A stretch of DNA of 64,000 nucleotides, from positions 382,634 through 446,633 of the forward strand of contig RHPI01002112.1 of assembly GCA_009103225.1 (NCBI GenBank), given 5' to 3'. Shown one piece after another: positions 1-11,975 of this stretch. Position numbers and translations under genes: made by a program. The DNA is from Chlorokybus atmophyticus (Eukaryota; Plantae; Mesostigma and Chlorokybus algae). A model generated the notes under the pieces. That model was not told the DNA's origin, made no database searches, and was given only the letters and a program-made list of their open reading frames with translations. How positions within the stretch are numbered: the first letter of the stretch is position 1; the number at the start of each line of letters is the position of its first letter.

Positions 1-1803
1 ACAATGGGTCCGTTCTCCAGCACGAAGCTCTTGGCGAATCCGAATGCCTGCTTGACGGCGAGCGGGTCCATGCCGTCCACCTTGATGCCGGGGATGTAGT
101 GGCCGCGCGTGTAGAAACGGGGGTCGGCGGCGGAACGCTTGATTGAGGTGCCCATGCCTGAATTGGGGTGGTGTTGGGGTGAGTGGTGGTTGGATGCTTA
201 AGGTATGGGGAGGTAAGGAACATACCGTATTGGTTGTTCTCGCAGGTGTAGATGACGGGGAGCTTCCACAGCGCCGCCATGTTCATCGCCTCCGCTAGCT
301 GTTGGATACCATAAACACCACATCACCACGTGCGCAACTGAGCAACTCGATGACCCCTCCAGCCCGCTACTCGAGTGTGTATCACGCGTGTTTATGGGTG
401 TGCATCTCTCACCATCTTCTCACCTGTCCTTGCTGGGCAGCGCCATCACCGTACATCGTCACGCTCACATTCTACAACAGAGACAAGGTGTTGTCGTATC
501 AGAGTCACCTCACAAGAGAAAGCGCACACACACTCCCTCTCCCACCCACCTGTTGTCCCCTATACTTATGCGCGAACGCCAGTCCCGTCCCGAGCGGGCA
601 CTGCGACCCGACGATCCCCCACCCTCCATACATCCCGTTCTCCCTTTTATACAGATGCATGGACCCGCCTTTGCCCCGAGCCGCACCCGTGGACTTGCCA
701 AGAAGCTCCGCCATAACCTGGGGAAGGAGTGGTGTGAGTGTGTGGGTGGGTGTGGGTGAGTGTGGGGAGGCGGGGGNGGGGGGGGGGGGAGAGAGAGAGT
801 GTGTCTTACTGCTTCTACGGTGCCGCCGCGTGCGATGTAGATGGCGTGGTCGCGGTAGGCGGTGATGACGGCGTCGTCCCACGTCAGGGCGGACTCCATG
901 CCGGCGGGAACCTGCGAGTGGAGTTGGTTTGTTGTGGTAGGCACAACATAACCACACTTCATATTGCTCGTGTGACCCATAACACCAACATTGCGAGATA
1001 CAAGACACACTGGACGGGGTCACTTGCACGAGCATGGGCTGGCTAGCAACTGCAGGATAGAGGTGGCACACATGCAGCGACCAAGCGATCACGCCATCCA
1101 TTAGTCATGTGACTGATGATCGCATGAGGGGAGTCAGGTGTTCTCGGGCGTGCGCACGTGTGAGAAAGCCCGAGAACACACCTGGGTGCGTGTGCGTGCG
1201 TGTGATGCATATGCACATGTACGTTATGGGTGCGAGGGTGGAGGCGTGCGTGCGTGTACGGGTGCAAGTGTGCATGCTCTTACGCGCGTGCATGCGTGCT
1301 TGCGTGTGTCTGCGCCACACAGTGTGCACATGTGCGTTGCGCAACAAACGGCAATATCACTCAATATCACTCACCGCTTCCTGCCCGTCGTACAGGTGAC
1401 AAAACCCCCTGATCTCCCTGTTCTTATACAGCATGTCCGCCCTGATCTCCATGGTTCTCATGACGTTCATGGCGCGGAACCAGCGCGACAGCTCCGACCG
1501 ACTCGTCTGCACCCGCGTGCCGAGAACATCTTTGTCCAAGAGATAAGTGTCATACGGGCGAAGGAGATCCACCTCAAGGAGGTCGTCGGAGTCGTCGTGG
1601 GAGGGGGAGGGGGAAGCAGAGGAGGCTGATGCGGTTGACAAGAGGCGGAGGTTGGGCTGTGTGGAGAGAAGAGAGGTGGAGTGTTGGCACTTGTGGGCAG
1701 CGTGCACAGGCGTGCATGAGAACACGTAGATGAAACAGACACTTGTACTCGTGTACGAGCGTGCACGCGGGCGCGTGGCAGGGGTACGGGCATGTAGCGC
1801 ACG

Positions 1804-1892
<89 letters not shown>

Positions 1893-1994
1893 GTATCGTT
1901 TTGTCATCCTTGCCTGTTGGTGAGCTGAGGAGCGACTGCTTGTGGATAGAAGCGCCCGTGCGACGCTTCGCGCCAGCGGTAACATCGTCGCCAA
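1..1994 (-). CDS. PDHA: Mitochondrial pyruvate dehydrogenase E1 alpha subunit; multi-exon, 3' end runs off the left edge of the window
   Basis: Translated exons give [20 protein letters not shown] (transit peptide-like), [69 protein letters not shown] and [22 protein letters not shown]. Further exons give [13 protein letters not shown] and [19 protein letters not shown] introns lie between them. Confidence 0.95.
1806..1890. repeat. (GA)n microsatellite, about 42 units, in PDHA intron 1
   Basis: Uninterrupted gagaga run read directly from the sequence. Confidence 0.97.
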
Positions 1995-2902
1995 CCTCTT
2001 CCGCTTGCTTTAGTCCAGTCCTTCTGCCTCCTTTGACCGCCCCTACCGAGAGCGGCTGCGTTCGCACCCCGCTTGCACTCTCCCCTCAAGCGCCTATCTG
2101 GTTCTTTCTTTGTCTAGTCGTCTACTTTCTTTCAACTTTGATCTGCATACACGCGAGTTTGATGAACTGGTAACGCGTCGACTAGAAACTTGCCTGCAAG
2201 CGACAAGCGGAGATTATGTGGGTGTCGCGACGTGCGGGCAATTGCTCACTGACTGCTGAGTATCGTAGAGAAGTAAAGATACCACAGAATGAGGTGATGT
2301 TTGGCAAGCCAACATGTTGAGGAAAGCGATGAAAGTCGAGTCGAGTGCACGAGGGGCAGGTTGCATGCATGTACTGGATTGCCTGTTAGCAATGATTCCT
2401 CACTGTTGAACCGTCTATGGCACATTCACAGCTGGTTTCAACACAACATCATGCACGTAAAAACTGGCGTTCAGCATGCATGCATGCATGTGTGCTTGCA
2501 GTTGGTACAGGTCTCGACCGCAATGCAGAGATGTTGTACTCACGCATATCCACACAAACGCACATCAAGCATGCAGTAAGCGCATACATTGACGAGTCCC
2601 ACGCCTTCTCGCTCCACGAGTCCAGATAAGACGCCAGGCTGCACCACACCAGACCAGACCGGACCAGGCCAAAGCGAAACGTACCAGGCCTGGCTGCTGA
2701 CGTAAGCAGGCTGATCAGGATCTCTCTCTTACCACTTGTGCGTCCGCAGCACAAGCAGTGCGATTAGCACAAGCACAGCACTTGTGCGCCGCACAAGCGC
2801 TGGCCTGGGACCAGACCAAGCCCAGGCCAGAGCAAGCGGCGGCGGCGGCGGCGAGAAAGGAGGGGGAGGAGGGGGAGGAGAGAGACCAGGAAGGACACGT
2901 AG

Positions 2903-5197
2903 ATGGTGGTGTTTACTGCGGAGGATGCGGTGGCGCTGGCGGGGGTGGCGACGGCGGGGGAGGTGACGAGGCTGGACCTGGCGGGGAGGGACATCCACGA
3001 GGTGGGCCCGCCCACCTGTGTTTGATGCAGTGCTGACTAGATAGATGTACACGTGTGTTGCATCTACAAGTTTTGTACGATGTGCGCCACCCCACAAAAG
3101 CCCCGTTGCATGAAACGGTACGTTATTTTGACGGTTGTCACGCAGAGATTGCATGTCATGTAGGTTTGCATTATGACGCGACAATTGGCAAGTGTCGGCA
3201 CATGCCCTGACACGTGCTTGTGCTGTTAACTTGACGCACATCGTATGACAATGCGTCATGTATTGTTACGAAGCATTTGTTGAACCAATGCATGCGGCTG
3301 GTGATTTGGTGTAAGACAAACTCAAACTTTCATTGCCATCCTGCTCATGACCTCTTTGTCCTCTTGCAATAATGCATATATGCTTCGCAGGTCTCACTGG
3401 CCTCCCTGACGTCCCTCACCCGCCTGTCCCTCGCCCGCAACCGCCTTTCCTCCCTCCTGCTCTCCCCCTCATCATCTAAGTCATCCTCCTCGACGTCAGC
3501 CACGTCGGCGCTGCCGCCGTCCCTCACGTGGCTGGACGTGTCCAACAACCAGCTCACGTTGCTCGACGGCATTCAACACCTCACCTCCCTCACGGTGAGT
3601 ACACATACAAGCACGTGCATCTGCATAGGTACATGCGCGCGCATCAAGACACAAACATGCACGAGCACGTACGCACGCACGCACACACACAGGCAGGCCG
3701 GCATGCGCTCGCATGTGCACTTTCACCCCCATGTCGCTTGTGCGAGTGTGTGCACGTGTGGGCGCGTGTGGGCGCGCATACCCGCTCGTGTGCACGCGCA
3801 CGCGCACGCGCACGCATCTCTCGGTTGCAGTTGACTCACCACACCCACCCCTCATTTCCGCAGGTCCTGAACATCGCCCACAACTCCCTCCCCTCCCTCT
3901 CCCCTCTCCGCCTCCTCCCCTCCCTCCGCGCCCTCCTCGCCAACAACAACCGCCTCTCCACCTCCCCCTTCCCCTTACTCAACTCCAAACTCCACACCCT
4001 CGTCCTGAGCCACAACGGCATCAGCGCGGGTGTGGGGGATGCTCTGAAGGAGCAGAGCGAGTTGGTGAAATTGTCGCTGAGTTACAATGAGATCGGGGAG
4101 GTGGGGGAGAAGGAGTTGGAGGAGTGTAAGGGGAGTCTCGTGGAGCTGAGACTGGCGCACAACAGGATGGAGGTGAGTGAGTGTGGTTGGGGGAGTGGGT
4201 GGCGGGCACGAGTGCACGCGCGCTTGTGATCAATATCCATTCATGTACACATACAGTTCCTCCCCCCCTCCCTGTCCCTCCTCTCCCGCCTCCGCATCCT
4301 CGACCTCGGCCACAACCGCATCTCCTCTCTCGCGCCCGCCTCCGCACGGGTGCTGGCGGCCCTGGCGCGACCGAGCGGGGAACTGCGGAACCTCAACCTG
4401 GCGGGGAATGGGTGCGCGGGGGCGGAAGATCACCGGGAGAAGGTAGGTGGGGTGGGAGAGTTGTGTTTCGGTTGTTGGGCACCTGTTGAGTTGGTTGGTC
4501 GAGTCGTGTGGGTGTGTCTTTTGTTGGTCAGGTGTTGGCGATTGTGCCCGGGTTGGAGGTGTTGGACGGGCATCGGATCATTGGCGGCCAGGATGGCAAA
4601 AGGAAGGCCAGAGATACAGACAAGGACAAGGAGCACGCTCGGCGTAAGGACAGGGATGAGGTCCAGGAGGAAGAGGAGAAAGTCAAGGACACTGTGAAGG
4701 CCAAGGGCAAAGGCAATGACAAGGATGAGGCCAGAGGCAATGGCAGGCCCGATCCCGCGCGCAAGCGCAAGAAACCAGTGAGAGAAGACCGGACGACACA
4801 CGACAACGAGGGCGACGTCGACGATGATGCGTTGGATGAAGAGCAGTTCCTCTCCACAGCAGCAGCGCAGCCCGCCCCCTCTCATCACAACAACAACAAC
4901 AACAAGCCCACAACCAAAAAGGCCCGCGCCGCGTCCGGCGTGGTGGCCGTGAAGACCGTCACGAACGCGAAGGCGCACAACAAGGAGCGGGACGGGGGGC
5001 TCCGCGGCAAGGGAGCGGTGGCGGAGCTGGTGCGGGCGCTGTCGGCGATGCGGGAGGGGGAGGTTGGGGCGGGAGGGAGGTCAGCGTGGGACGATGAGGA
5101 GGAGGAGGGGGAGGGGAAGGAGGAGGAGGGTGAAAGGGAGAAGAGGCAGGGGAAGGGGGAGAAGGTTAGGGTGCACAAGCGGAGTAGAGAGTGGTGA
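2903..5197 (+). CDS. Leucine-rich-repeat protein (SDS22/PPP1R7-like LRRs) with a charged low-complexity C-terminal tail; 5 exons
   Basis: Exons at about 2903-3001, 3391-3594, 3864-4172, 4257-4442 and 4532-5197 encode repeated LxxLxLxxNxL motifs (LTRLSLARNRL, LTWLDVSNNQL, LVKLSLSYNEI, LRNLNLAGN) and an LRR cap (VPGLEVLDG). The tail is K/D/E-rich. Confidence 0.85.
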
Positions 5198-5555
5198 GGT
5201 GACAGGGGAGACTTAGAGGGAGCTGTGGTGGGGTCAATGGCTCGTTGATCCCCACTGCTGCTGGTTGTGTGCATGTGAGTTGTACTTTGCTTGTGTATAT
5301 GAACAGGTCGGACAGGTTGGCAATGGTTCATCATCTCAGTCGACTCTGTTGTGGATGCGTCCAGAAAATCCTTGCGTGTGCTTCGTGTGGTGCGCTGCAT
5401 GTTGTGTGGTACACTACATTATGAGATACTGTTACAAAGCTAACCCTATTATTTCTACCAACCATACCGCCTTCATCATCACATGTTGCATTGGTCAAAT
5501 TGCATTCTCCAGTGGTGCCCCTTGAAGAGGGGTATATATTGCCCAGTTTCCCTCT

Positions 5556-8500
5556 TCAAGCCTGTGCGGCGGGCGGCATCATGAGCAGGGCCGACTCCGG
5601 CGCATATGAGAACCCCTCGAAGTGGTGCGCCAGGTGGCTGCTCTCCACGTAGCTGTCCTGAGGCACCTCGCTCGTGAAGCCCTCGTCGAAGTTGGACACG
5701 TCCTCCTCAGACTGCAGGAGAATGAAACAGCCAGTATGTGTCATCACTCGTGATGGTGAGCAGAAGGGATCATGGCGAGGAGGAACACGCGTGTGTGCGT
5801 ATGCGATGATGTGTGTGCGCGCCCATGCACTCGCATGCAAACAAGCAGATGCGCACACTCATGCGCAAGCCCTCACTTGCCCACGCACACGCTGACACAC
5901 AACCACCACATCCCCTCCTCCCGCCCACACCCCTCACCCACCTGTATCTTCGGTCTGAACGGCGCGGGCACTTCCATCCTCATCATCGCCTCCCACTCCA
6001 CCCCCTCGAAGAACGGGTGCGTCTTGATGTCCTCCGCGTCGTCGGGACCACCTCCAAGCCGGCTCTCCGGATCCCTGTCAAGGAGCTGTGGAGGCACACA
6101 GAGGGGTGAGGATGTTGGGTAAATAGTGGTAGTGGTCGTGGTAGTGGTAGTGGTAGTATCAGACAACATCACACCTTGGTCAGGATGTCTATGGCGGCCG
6201 GGGGGGTAAAGGGGGGGAAGTGGAGGGGGGCGCGGAGGATCTTGGCGTACATCGACTGCATGTTGGTGTCGTAGAAGGGGGGCTGTGTGACCAAGCGATC
6301 ACGCCATCCATTAGTCATGTGACTGATGATCGCATGAGNNNNNNNNNNNNNNNNNNNNNNNNNNNNNNNNNNNNNNNNNNNNNNNNNNNNNNNNNNNNNN
6401 NNNNNNNNNNNNNNNNNNNNNNNNNNNNNNNNNNNNNNNNNNNNNNNNNNNNNNNNNNNNNNNNNNNNNNNNNNNNNNNNNNNNNNNNNNNNNNNNNNNN
6501 NNNNNNNNNNNNNNNNNNNNNNNNNNNNNNNNNNNNNNNNNNNNNNNNNNNNNNNNNNNNNNNNNNNNNNNNNNNNNNNNNNNNNNNNNNNNNNNNNNNN
6601 NNNNNNNNNNNNNNNNNNNNNNNNNNNNNNNNNNNNNNNNNNNNNNNNNNNNNNNNNNNNNNNNNNNNNNNNNNNNNNNNNNNNNNNNNNNNNNNNNNNN
6701 NNNNNNNNNNNNNNNNNNNNNNNNNNNNNNNNNNNNNNNNNNNNNNNNNNNNNNNNNNNNNNNNNNNNNNNNNNNNNNNNNNNNNNNNNNNNNNNNNNNN
6801 NNNNNNNNNNNNNNNNNNGGGGGGGGAGCACATAAGCGTGCATTGCGCAGTTAGCGGGAGCAGTGGCGGTGCGTGTGTGCGCAAAAGTGTGTAAGGTTGT
6901 GTGCGTGGTTATGCGTGCATCTGTGTGCGTGGTTATGCGTGCATCTGTGGGTGTGGGTGGGTGGGTGGGTGGGTGTCTGCGCACGCGCGCATGCGTGCGT
7001 GCATGTGTGTGCGTGAATGTGCATACATATGTGTATGTGCGTGTGCTGCACGTTTGTGTATGTGTGTGTGCTGCACGTGTGCACGCGTACCAGCCCGGAC
7101 AACATCTCATACAGCAGAGTCCCGAAGCTCCACCAGTCCGCCGCGCGGCCGTGGCCCTCACCCGCAAGTATCTCAGGCGCTGGGGTGGGGAGAGAGCAGA
7201 GCGTAACAGATATATTGAGGGCGACATCCTCGTCAGGTAACTACACATGCACACAACACACGCCCAACAGCTATACCGAGGTACTCGGGCGTGCCGCAGA
7301 ACGTCGTCGCGGACGAGTTGTCAGCGATGCCACCCTTCGCCAGCCCAAAGTCTGTCAGATGGATGTGCCCTGAAGCATTCAACCAAACACGTGAGCATCA
7401 ACCCAACATGCGCGTTCCGTGTTAGCCTCTGCGTGTGTTGTCGTACCCGCGGCGTCGAGCAGGATGTTCTCGGGCTTGAGGTCCCGGTATATGATGCCGA
7501 GGGAGTGGAGGTGACCCACAGCCAGGACCATCTCCGCGGCGTAGGAACGGGCGCGGTCCACGTCGAAGCAACCCGCGTTCTGAGAGACAGAGCGAGTAGG
7601 TGTTTGTGTTGGTTTATGTGTGTTTGCAAGCATTGCAGCCAACATTGTTGGCTGCAATGCGTGCGCTTGTATTGGAGTGCTTTGGGTTGCGTGCGTGCGT
7701 GCGTGTGTCGGAGTGCGCGCGTAAGTGTTCAGGTGTGGCGGTGCGTATGTGTGCGCCTGAGTGCGTGTGCGTGTACATGCGCGTGCATGTATTTGTATGC
7801 GTGCCTTGAGGTGGAAGAAGAGCTCCCCGCCGTTGAGGTAGTCCAGCACCAGGTACAGCTTGTGCTCCGTCTGGAAGGCGTACCGCAGCCCCACCAGGTA
7901 CGGATGCTGCACCGCCTGTCCCACGCAACAACCCAACATACCACATCACCACCAACCATCACACACACACCCAACATCGTCATCAACATGCACTTGCCTG
8001 GAGGATGTGGCGTTCGGTGAGGGTGTGCTCGCGCTGTCCCTTGACGGCGATGTGTTGCTTGGACAGGACCTTCATCGCGTAGATGCCGTGGGCGCCCTCG
8101 GTGCCCTTTTTCCTCACCAACATCACCTGCACGCGTGTGTGTAGGTGTTGTGTCAGCAATACATAAGTTGAGAACATGAGCTTGGTTGGTGTGAGATGAC
8201 TACTGCGTGCTGTTGTGTGCATGTGTGTGTACAGAACAGACCTTGCCGAAGGAGCCCTTGCCCAGCACGCGTAGCAGCTCAAAGTCGTCCTTGCTCACCT
8301 TCTCCTTGCCTTGGGTGTAGCACATCTCCTGCGGGTGACACCACAACAGGCATGCTTAAGCAAGAGCAATTGCTGCCCACAGACGTGCAGGCACGCACAT
8401 GTACATGCACGTGTTCCGCACACGCCCCCCCCCCCGAAAGCATCTAAGTAGGAAGCCCACCTCAAGATGAGTGCTCNGTACAACACAGCTATTGTATGCA

Positions 8501-10867
8501 TGTTCATTTGCATTAACTTGACGTAGAGTGAGCATGCAATGATATGCTAGCATGCACAACTGCACGCCCAGTACACATACCTGCAGTTTATAAGCTGTGC
8601 CACACATTCTTACCATATGTAATACCTTGCAACAACTTTGAAACAATTCCACTAAATTGATGTATGCGAAGGCGTGTGCAGTGTAGTGTATTTCCAAGTT
8701 CAACGAAATGTGCATGAAGCACCGTTTCTATAGAAGGCCTTTTCCCCGCCTGTCACAATGTGATAGGCGGGGAAAAGGCCGACGTCTGCAGAAACTGCAA
8801 TGCACCAATTAGTTGAAATTGTTAATACTTTGATTCCGCGAAATCTTCGGATAAAATAGTGGTCATAAAGTTGTTTTTCATTTGCTTAGAACCGCCAGCC
8901 TATGCATTCTTGTCTACAATTGTACACTTTATAATATCGCCAACAAATAGCTTTGCCAAACAACCAACCAGAGTTATTTTTTCACAAAGATTATGCGGCA
9001 CTATGGCAATGTAAAAGTGGACACATGTGCAATCCATTGCAGGACGTATATAGCCAGCTCATGACCTTGCCTCTCCTCTGTTTTAGAGAATCGTTGGCAA
9101 TCAAGCCTAACAATGCATTTCCCCTTATTGTCACAAGTTGTTGCTCATTGCTTCGCCCATGTCATTATTGCATAAATCAGCAGGATGTACAGCCCCCCCC
9201 ATCTTCACACTCACCCACACCGACACCCACGCATGCACGCAATCATGTCACAGCAGATGATTTACCGCATTCTCGGCCCCGCTCTGCGTGCGCGAGGTGC
9301 TGTTGCTGCTGGAGCTGCTGCTCCCCGAACCGCTGCTGACCGAGAAGCCGCTACTGTTGCCTGCCACAGCGCTGCTGACGGATGCGTCCGAGGCGCTAAT
9401 GTTGTTGTTGTTGCTGCTGCTGTTGTTGTTGGCGGTCGCTTCACCACTCGAGGCCGGAAGGGCTGACACTGAAGTCCCAACCGTAGCCACAGCCTGAGCA
9501 ATGGATACATACTTTACTCAATCCCCGCACGCATTACACATTTCCCCAACCCAACATGCTTCAACATCTCTCTCCTTGTCTCTACTCACCGGTGACGGGC
9601 TCGCCGCCGACATCGACATCTGCGTGCCCTTGTCCGTTCCCCCCACACTCTCCCCCTTCTCCCCCTTCTCCCCCTTGTCTCCCCCCTTGACTACCGAATC
9701 ACCCTGCGCGTGTGCCCCTCCTCCGGTCCGCTGCTGCCGGCGTGCGGACTTCTTCGTGGTCACCATGGGACGCAGGTCCGCCATGTCCTGTAGATGGGAA
9801 GTGTGGGTTGGGGTTCGGGTTGTGTGTGGGTGTGGGTGTGGGTGTGGGTGTGGGTGTGGTCGTGGGTGTGTCTGTTAGTGGGTGGGTGCTCACCACCAGT
9901 ATGGTCTCGGGACGGGAACCGGTGAGTACTCGTCGCAGGGTGGCGATGGCCTCCACTGCTTCGTCTGCGCGTGCGCTCGCGTAGTGGTAGTCGTACTCCT
10001 GCGCAGCAGCGACGAGGAGAAAAGGGTGGTTGTTGGGTTGTGTGGAGCATGTTGATATTTGTTTGCATAAGAGTGTGAGCAGTGTCCTTGTTGCCACGCT
10101 TACTGAAGGGACGTGCAGAACAAACTGGCCGGACATTGTTGAGCGCATCAGCACAGGAATCTCCTGCGCATACCAAAGGAGAGAGAAGTTGTTGCAGCGA
10201 GTTACAGGGTCAGTTGGTTCCCTTGTTCTTGTTGCTGCTGCTGATGCTGGTGTTGCTGTTATTGTCGCCAGACGTGTGCAAAAAGAGACCTGCAGGGGTA
10301 TGCGTCGCTTGCAGCGGTGTTTGTCGAGGTTGTAGATGGCGCGTTCCGTCACCATGAGAACGCGTCGCTGCACGACATGAGAATTGACGGCGCGAATGAT
10401 CAATAAAGACCTCATCATCAACTCGCAGTCAGTGAACACCCACCTGCACTTTGCCGCGACTATTGATCTTGTCCACTGCATCTGAGAAACGCACCCTTTC
10501 ATTGCCAGCACCTAGTTGAGATCACAGATATCATGAATGTCGCTGCTTTGACAGTAGACTTGGTGCGCGTGTGCGGATACACAACGCTGTAACGCTGCCA
10601 ATCGTTGTTGTTCATCGTTGCTAGATGATGACGTATGACACGTGCGCGTGTGCTTGCACGCTTGTGAATGCATGTGCTCTGTTGAATCATTCCGTCACTA
10701 TGCCGTCACGCGCGAGCGTGTCATTGTGTGCATCACTGCGAGTTATACAATCGCCGAGCTGCACATTGTTGTTGTCGGAAGCTGACAACAACAATGTGCA
10801 ACATACTGTATGAGGCCAGCATCTTCATCACGGCAGCGCTTGCCGCCAGGTTCAGGTAGTCCTCCAT
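5556..10867 (-). CDS. AGC-family Ser/Thr kinase (SGK/S6K/PKB-like) with an N-terminal myosin-TH1-like (PH-like) domain; 5' exon structure uncertain, one intron contains an N-gap
   Basis: Kinase motifs: [89 protein letters not shown] and FEGFSY (hydrophobic motif). N-terminal exons: [50 protein letters not shown] and EYDYHY, which resemble TH1. Confidence 0.88.
8478..9192 (+). repeat. 715-bp copy of 19723-20437 inside a kinase intron; probable gap-fill artefact
   Basis: Appears identical by eye to 19723-20437 and yields the same shadow ORFs in the track. It is bordered by an 'n' at 8477 and by poly-C. Confidence 0.9.
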
Positions 10868-10942
10868 GCCTTCTTCCTCCCTGGATACTTGTCTCACAGT
10901 AGTAGTCGTAGTAGCAGTAGTAGTGACCACAACACAATCAGG

Positions 10943-11425
10943 TCATCTCCTGCATGCGCTACAGACACTTTCTCTCACTCACTAAAACCAGGACCACCGC
11001 CCTTGTTCGATCCGCATTCTCGATCCGGATCGGGTCTGCCTCAGATCCGAAGCGCCCTGCATCAAAAGCGCCCGTAATCCGCGGCAACTATGATGGTATA
11101 TCCGTATGCGGCATTATATACGGGCGGTGTTATGGATATCTCTCACCCTGTCGACGCTTTCCTCGTCGACATTATCAACGTCGATGTTGTCAGCGGCGGC
11201 GGCGGTGGCAGTGGCGGCATCATCGCTGGTATGGTGATGATGATGTTGGGTGTTGTGGATGATGAGGGCGTATGTTGTGGTGTGGTGACTCAGTGCCGAC
11301 AATCGTAAACCAGTGCATCGTGGACTTAAACTGGCTATGTGTTGAACTGACTGACGGTTGTGGACAGAGTGTACTTGTGGCTTTTTGACTCGATTGTCAC
11401 AGATCCGCAGGGCATCAATGCTCAA
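10943..11425 (-). CDS. Small spliced gene, weakly similar to cytochrome c oxidase subunit 5b; start and last exon uncertain
   Basis: A phase-0 splice joins ...EESVDR to LPRITGAFDAGRFGSEADPIRIENADRTRAVVLVL. By eye this aligns to the COX5B motif GPFGTKEAPAVIESYYDKRIVG. The downstream GDDLIVLWSL resembles EDEHDVVWFWL, but the splice phase does not join cleanly and no Zn-binding Cys residues are seen. Confidence 0.35.
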
Positions 11426-11975
11426 CCGAACCTCTGCGTACCATCATTAACCTGTCTGTGAGCAAGTTCTTTCTGAGATGCGAACAGTACAACACGTGAC
11501 ATAGCACTATCTCGTCACTCAAGAACATGACTTGGCGCTGAGCATGTTGAGCCTAATCCTAAGCCTCCTGCAGTAAACATTGACTCTTCATCGTTGGTCT
11601 TGAACATTATTGTACCATCAAACGTGCACACAGGATAAATCGTCTCTGTAGTGTTTGCAAGTCCATCGGTCCTGTCGACACTGCGGAACTGCAGTGCTTT
11701 CTTCTTATGGCTGACTGCTATCCCCAGCTGCTAGTGGTATGGACATGACATTCCTCCTAATGTGTTTGAACTGTAATACCATCACAGCAACTTGTTCCCG
11801 GCAGCTTCACGCTGTGTATGCTGACGCTTGCGCACGAGGACACGCTCGTGTGTGTGCATGTGTGTCTGTCACATCAACACGCCTGTCACAGCTCATGTAG
11901 CATACTTAGCCGCAAAGCACACATAGACGCTGCCTACTGCAGGTGACACTCTAGAGAGAAGTGAACAGCAGCTCA

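Noticed and set aside
1730-2173. (ER)n, (LS)n and Cys/Val/His-rich ORFs in introns throughout 1-15 kb
   Set aside because: They are translations of GA, CA and GT microsatellites with no splice-consistent coding evidence.
6169-7254. Long ORFs of 190-360 aa spanning X runs (also at 13851-14981)
   Set aside because: They are artefacts of translating through N-gaps.
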